Below, in pieces: positions 60,839 through 64,000 of a stretch of 64,000 bases of DNA. Origin of the DNA: Pseudonocardia sp. (GTDB taxonomy: Bacteria > Actinomycetota > Actinomycetes > Mycobacteriales > Pseudonocardiaceae); NCBI GenBank assembly GCA_052387455.1, contig JBQTJE010000084.1, forward strand, positions 11,879 to 75,878. Reading direction: 5' to 3'. Under the pieces are notes generated by a model. That model was not told where the DNA came from and made no database searches. It worked only from the letters and a program-made list of their open reading frames with translations. Every line of letters begins with the position of its first letter. Position 1 is the first letter of the stretch. The position numbers were made by a program, and so were the translations under genes.

Positions 60839-61732
60839 TCACCCGGGAGGCGCACCCAGCGCGGCCCGGACCTCGGCCGCCGTCGCGACCCGCCCGCCGG
60901 CGTCCTCGATCCGGCGAGCCGCGTCGCGCACCAGCTCCACGTTGGTCTCGGTGGTGCCGAACGGCGCGTCCTCCAGGCCCACCCGGACGTGCCCACCCAG
61001 CTCCACCGCGTCCGGGATCAGCGGGCGGACGTCCACGGCCAGGCCGGCGATCATCCACGCGCTGCCCGGCGCGGCGTCGTGCAGGAGCGTGCGGTGGGCG
61101 TCCAGCGCGTAGCGCCGCGGCGGGAACCCGAAGTGGAAACCCTCGGTGAACATGAAGCGGTAGACCGGCGCCGGCAGGTCGGGCCGGGCCGCGGCGAGCG
61201 CCGCGCCGAACCGGGTGAAGCCGGGCTCGTAGCAGGCATACGCCGGGCGCACCCCGTGCGCGGCCACGATGCCCAGGCCGGTGCGGACGTGCGCGTCGGG
61301 GTTGAGGTAGACGAAGCCGTCCCGGCCTGCCGCGAGATCGTCCAGGTGGGTGAGGGTGGTCGTCCCCGGGTCGACCGCCGCCCACTCCAGCAGGCCCCGG
61401 CGGCACAGCTCGGCGACGGCGGCGAAACGCTCCTCGGGCGGCATCGGCTCCGGGGCGTCCGGGCTCCCGGCCAGCGGCAGCGTCGGGTACACGATGGCGT
61501 CGACCTCGGCGCGGATGCCCTCGATGATCGGCTGGTAGATGTCGGGATCGTCGCGCTGGCGGCCGGTGGCGACGTCGTAGGGGTGAACGTGCACGATCGC
61601 CGCTCCCGCCCGCGCGCAGGCGATGCCGTCAGCCACGATCTCGGCCACGCTGATCGGGATCCCCGGCTGCCGGTCCCGCGACCACGGGCCGTTCACCGCC
61701 GCCTCGAGCCACACCGCCCGCGCCTGCGCCAT
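60839..61732 (-). CDS. 3-keto-5-aminohexanoate cleavage (BKACE/DUF849) family enzyme
   Basis: LEAAVNG, GAAIVHVH and GGHVRVGLED. Confidence 0.9.
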   Translation of the reverse strand: MAQARAVWLEAAVNGPWSRDRQPGIPISVAEIVADGIACARAGAAIVHVHPYDVATGRQRDDPDIYQPIIEGIRAEVDAIVYPTLPLAGSPDAPEPMPPEERFAAVAELCRRGLLEWAAVDPGTTTLTHLDDLAAGRDGFVYLNPDAHVRTGLGIVAAHGVRPAYACYEPGFTRFGAALAAARPDLPAPVYRFMFTEGFHFGFPPRRYALDAHRTLLHDAAPGSAWMIAGLAVDVRPLIPDAVELGGHVRVGLEDAPFGTTETNVELVRDAARRIEDAGGRVATAAEVRAALGAPPG

Positions 61733-61747
61733 GCCGCCATCCTCCCG

Positions 61748-61857
61748 CGAGTCCGCGTTCCCGACACGGCGAGTCCGCGTTCCCGACACGGCGAGTCCGC
61801 GTTTCCGACACGGCGAGTCCGCGTTTCCGACACGGCGAGTCCGCGTTCTCGACACGG
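61748..61857. repeat. 22-bp tandem repeat GCGAGTCCGCGTT(C/T)CCGACACG (5 copies)
   Basis: Seen directly; no spacers. Confidence 0.92.
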
Positions 61858-62730
61858 CTACGGCCGGAGTGCCGCCAGCCGGTCGAGCTCGCGCAGCGTC
61901 GCGTCCGTGCCGCGACCGTCGGACCCCACGTCCTCCGCCGCGCCACCCAGCCCGTGGTCGGGCAGCTCGAACAGCACCCGGTCCACACCGGCGGCGGCGT
62001 ACGACTCCAGCGCCGCAGGCGTCGACACCGCGCCGTAGACGGTGACGGGCAGGTGCCCGCGCCCGGCATCGGCCGCCCGGCTACGCAGCTCCGCGACCCG
62101 GCCGGCGAAGGCGTCGAACTGGTCGAGCCGCACCCGCAGCGGGATCCAGCCGTCGCCGTGCGAGAGCACCCGGTCGAGCACGGTCGGCCCGCCGCCACCG
62201 ATGAGCACCGGCGGCACCCGCACCGGCTTCGGCCACGACCACATCGGTCCGAAGTCGACGAACCGGCCGTGGAACTCGGCCTCGTCGCTGGTCCAGATCG
62301 CCCGCATGGCCGCGACGTGTTCCAGCATCCGCGCGGTGCGGTGGGTCGCGGCGCCGTGGTGCGCGGCCTCCTCGACGTTCCAGCCCGGCCCCACGCCGAA
62401 CTCGAACCGTCCGCCGGCGAGCCGGTCGACGCTGGCGACGGCCTTGGCCTGGACGATCGGGTCGTGCTGCGGCACCAGCGACACCGCCGTGCCCAGCGCG
62501 ATCCGGTCGGTGACGACGGCCATGGCTCCGAGCGCGACCAGCGGGTCGAAGGTGTGGGCGTAGCGCTTCGGCAGTTCGGCGCCACCGGGCCAGGGCGTCC
62601 GCCGGGACGCGGGGATGTGGGTGTGCTCGGTGAGGAACAGCGCGTCGAACCCGCGCTCCTCGACGGCGCGGGCGAGGGTGAGCCCGTCGATGCCGTAGTC
62701 GGTCAGGAACGTCACGACGCCGTGCTGCAT
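61858..62730 (-). CDS. LLM-class probable F420-dependent oxidoreductase
   Basis: LFLTEHTHIP, DPLVAL, LGTAV, GVGPGWNVEE and GGGG. Confidence 0.92.
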   Translation of the reverse strand: MQHGVVTFLTDYGIDGLTLARAVEERGFDALFLTEHTHIPASRRTPWPGGAELPKRYAHTFDPLVALGAMAVVTDRIALGTAVSLVPQHDPIVQAKAVASVDRLAGGRFEFGVGPGWNVEEAAHHGAATHRTARMLEHVAAMRAIWTSDEAEFHGRFVDFGPMWSWPKPVRVPPVLIGGGGPTVLDRVLSHGDGWIPLRVRLDQFDAFAGRVAELRSRAADAGRGHLPVTVYGAVSTPAALESYAAAGVDRVLFELPDHGLGGAAEDVGSDGRGTDATLRELDRLAALRP

Positions 62731-62749
62731 GGCCCGATCATGCCGAACC

Positions 62750-62805
62750 GCCCGACTCGCGCTGTCGTGTGGCCCGACTCGCGCGGTCGTAGAGCCCGAC
62801 TCGCA
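62750..62805. repeat. Degenerate 22-bp CCCGACTCGC repeat (about 2.5 copies)
   Basis: CCCGACTCGC recurs at a 22-bp period (62751, 62773, 62795) in the divergent gap. Confidence 0.6.
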
Positions 62806-62868
62806 GGGGGTACGGTCACTCGTCATGCGCGAGCTGCCGCCGTCCGGTGTCGACCACGAGCGGCACCC

Positions 62869-63597
62869 ATGACCGATGGTCCCCGCGGCTGGGGCGCGCC
62901 GTTGCACGCCCGCGTCCTCGACGTCACCGCCGCCGGCCCCGGCACGGCGCTGCTCGATCTCGGCTGCGGGCCCGGGGTGTTCTCCCGTGCAGCCGTCGAC
63001 CGGGGCGCCCTCGTCACCGGCGTCGACCACGACCCGCAGGCGGTGCGCCACGCTGCGGCAGAGGTTCCGGACGTGACGTTCCAGGTCGGCGACGCCCACG
63101 AGCTCGACCTGCGCGATGGCTCCTTCGACGTGGTCGCGGCCGTCCAGCTGCTCACGCATGTCGCGAACCCGCTGCGGGTGCTGCGTGAGATGGGTCGCGT
63201 CGCCCGACCGGGAGGCGTCGTCGCCGTGACGGTGTGGGGCCGGGAAGCCGAGTGCGACGTCCGCGCGTTCGGCGAGGCCCTCGCGCCGTGGCTTCCCCCG
63301 CGCGCGCCGCACGGCCCGCCGCCGCTCACCGATCCCGAGCGCCTCTGCGAGATCGTGACGTTGGCCGGGCTCGAGGTCGACCAGGTCGACGAGGTCGGTT
63401 GCCCGTTCGACTACGCCGACGCCGACGCCGTGATCGAGCCGCTGTTCGCCTCGGGGCTGGCCAGAGCAGTCGGCAGGCACGCCCATCCGGCCGCCGTCCG
63501 CGAGGCCGTGCTGGCGCGGCTGGAACCGCTGCGCACACCGGGCGGCGGCTACCGGCTGCACAACCTCTTCCGCGTCCTCACCGCCCGCACTCGCTGA
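62869..63597 (+). CDS. Class I SAM-dependent methyltransferase
   Basis: LLDLGCGPG motif I, VGDAHEL and FDVV; start uncertain. Confidence 0.9.
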   Translation: MTDGPRGWGAPLHARVLDVTAAGPGTALLDLGCGPGVFSRAAVDRGALVTGVDHDPQAVRHAAAEVPDVTFQVGDAHELDLRDGSFDVVAAVQLLTHVANPLRVLREMGRVARPGGVVAVTVWGREAECDVRAFGEALAPWLPPRAPHGPPPLTDPERLCEIVTLAGLEVDQVDEVGCPFDYADADAVIEPLFASGLARAVGRHAHPAAVREAVLARLEPLRTPGGGYRLHNLFRVLTARTR

Positions 63598-63610
63598 CCG
63601 ACCATCCACC

Positions 63611-63675
63611 GCGTCGAGCACGCGGACTCGCCGTGCCGAGCACGCGGACTCGCCGTGCCGAGATTGCGGACTCGC
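63611..63675. repeat. 22-bp repeat of the 61.75-kb family in inverted orientation (about 3 copies)
   Basis: CACGCGGACTCGCCGTGCCGAG units; the reverse complement shares CACGGCGAGTCCGCGT with the 61748 array. Confidence 0.85.
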
Positions 63676-63750
63676 AGACGGAACGGGCCAACGGGCGAAC
63701 GGCGCGCCCCGGTCGGACGCGCCGTTCGGCACCACAGGGGAGCGGACGCG

Positions 63751-64000
63751 CTAGTGGTGCCCCGAGTGCGGGGCGTTGACGCCGACCGCGCCGTCGAGCG
63801 GCTCGTTGGCGAAGAACAGGAAGATGTTGGACGGGATGTCGCGGCCGGTCCCGCCGTTCGCCTGCGACGCGCGCAGGGCATCGATCGAGGTGAGGCACTT
63901 GTCGCGGCCGGCGGCGCAGTCACCTTCGAGGTCGGGGAAGACCGCCGGGTCGGTGACGAGGGTGACGATCACCTGCCACCAGATCGTGTCGTCGAACTCG
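63751..64000 (-). CDS. 3' end of a hypothetical protein (runs in from window end)
   Basis: EFDDTIWWQVIVTLVTDPAVF...SGHH* with GC3-biased codons. Confidence 0.65.
   Translation of the reverse strand, partial: EFDDTIWWQVIVTLVTDPAVFPDLEGDCAAGRDKCLTSIDALRASQANGGTGRDIPSNIFLFFANEPLDGAVGVNAPHSGHH

Overview
Very GC-rich actinobacterial chromosomal segment; gene content and order suggest a Pseudonocardia-like genome (inference). 1-18.6 kb is a conserved core block: partial arfB, acs, Fic-like gene, Ms1 RNA, HAD hydrolase, 6C RNA, ssd-tad pilus operon, DUF1998 helicase, hppA, Rv3647c-like gene and topA. 18.6-23.0 kb is an accessory operon (two secreted proteins, a putative immunity-like protein and an ABC exporter). 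It sits at the point where gene order flips relative to the M. tuberculosis Rv3646c-Rv3710 region. Next come yqeY, a metallophosphoesterase and tRNA-Pro(CGG), then a 19-kb accessory stretch: hydrolases, a CDF exporter, a protease, LuxR, a putative metal-handling pair, a DUF6777 kinase and partner, catalase, carbonic anhydrase and an HTH/Clp-N pair. Core asd-ask-leuA (with a Leu leader) follows. The right arm has a BacA-like ABC transporter, two Rieske-fused enzymes split by a VapBC-like module, an antiporter, an ECF sigma/anti-sigma pair and F420/BKACE/methyltransferase genes. No CRISPR array, integrase or transposase is seen. Several tandem and palindromic intergenic repeat families are present. 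Two missing stop codons, one compensated frameshift pair and one catalytic substitution may be real lesions or assembly errors. All protein calls come from motif recognition by eye; no database search was run.
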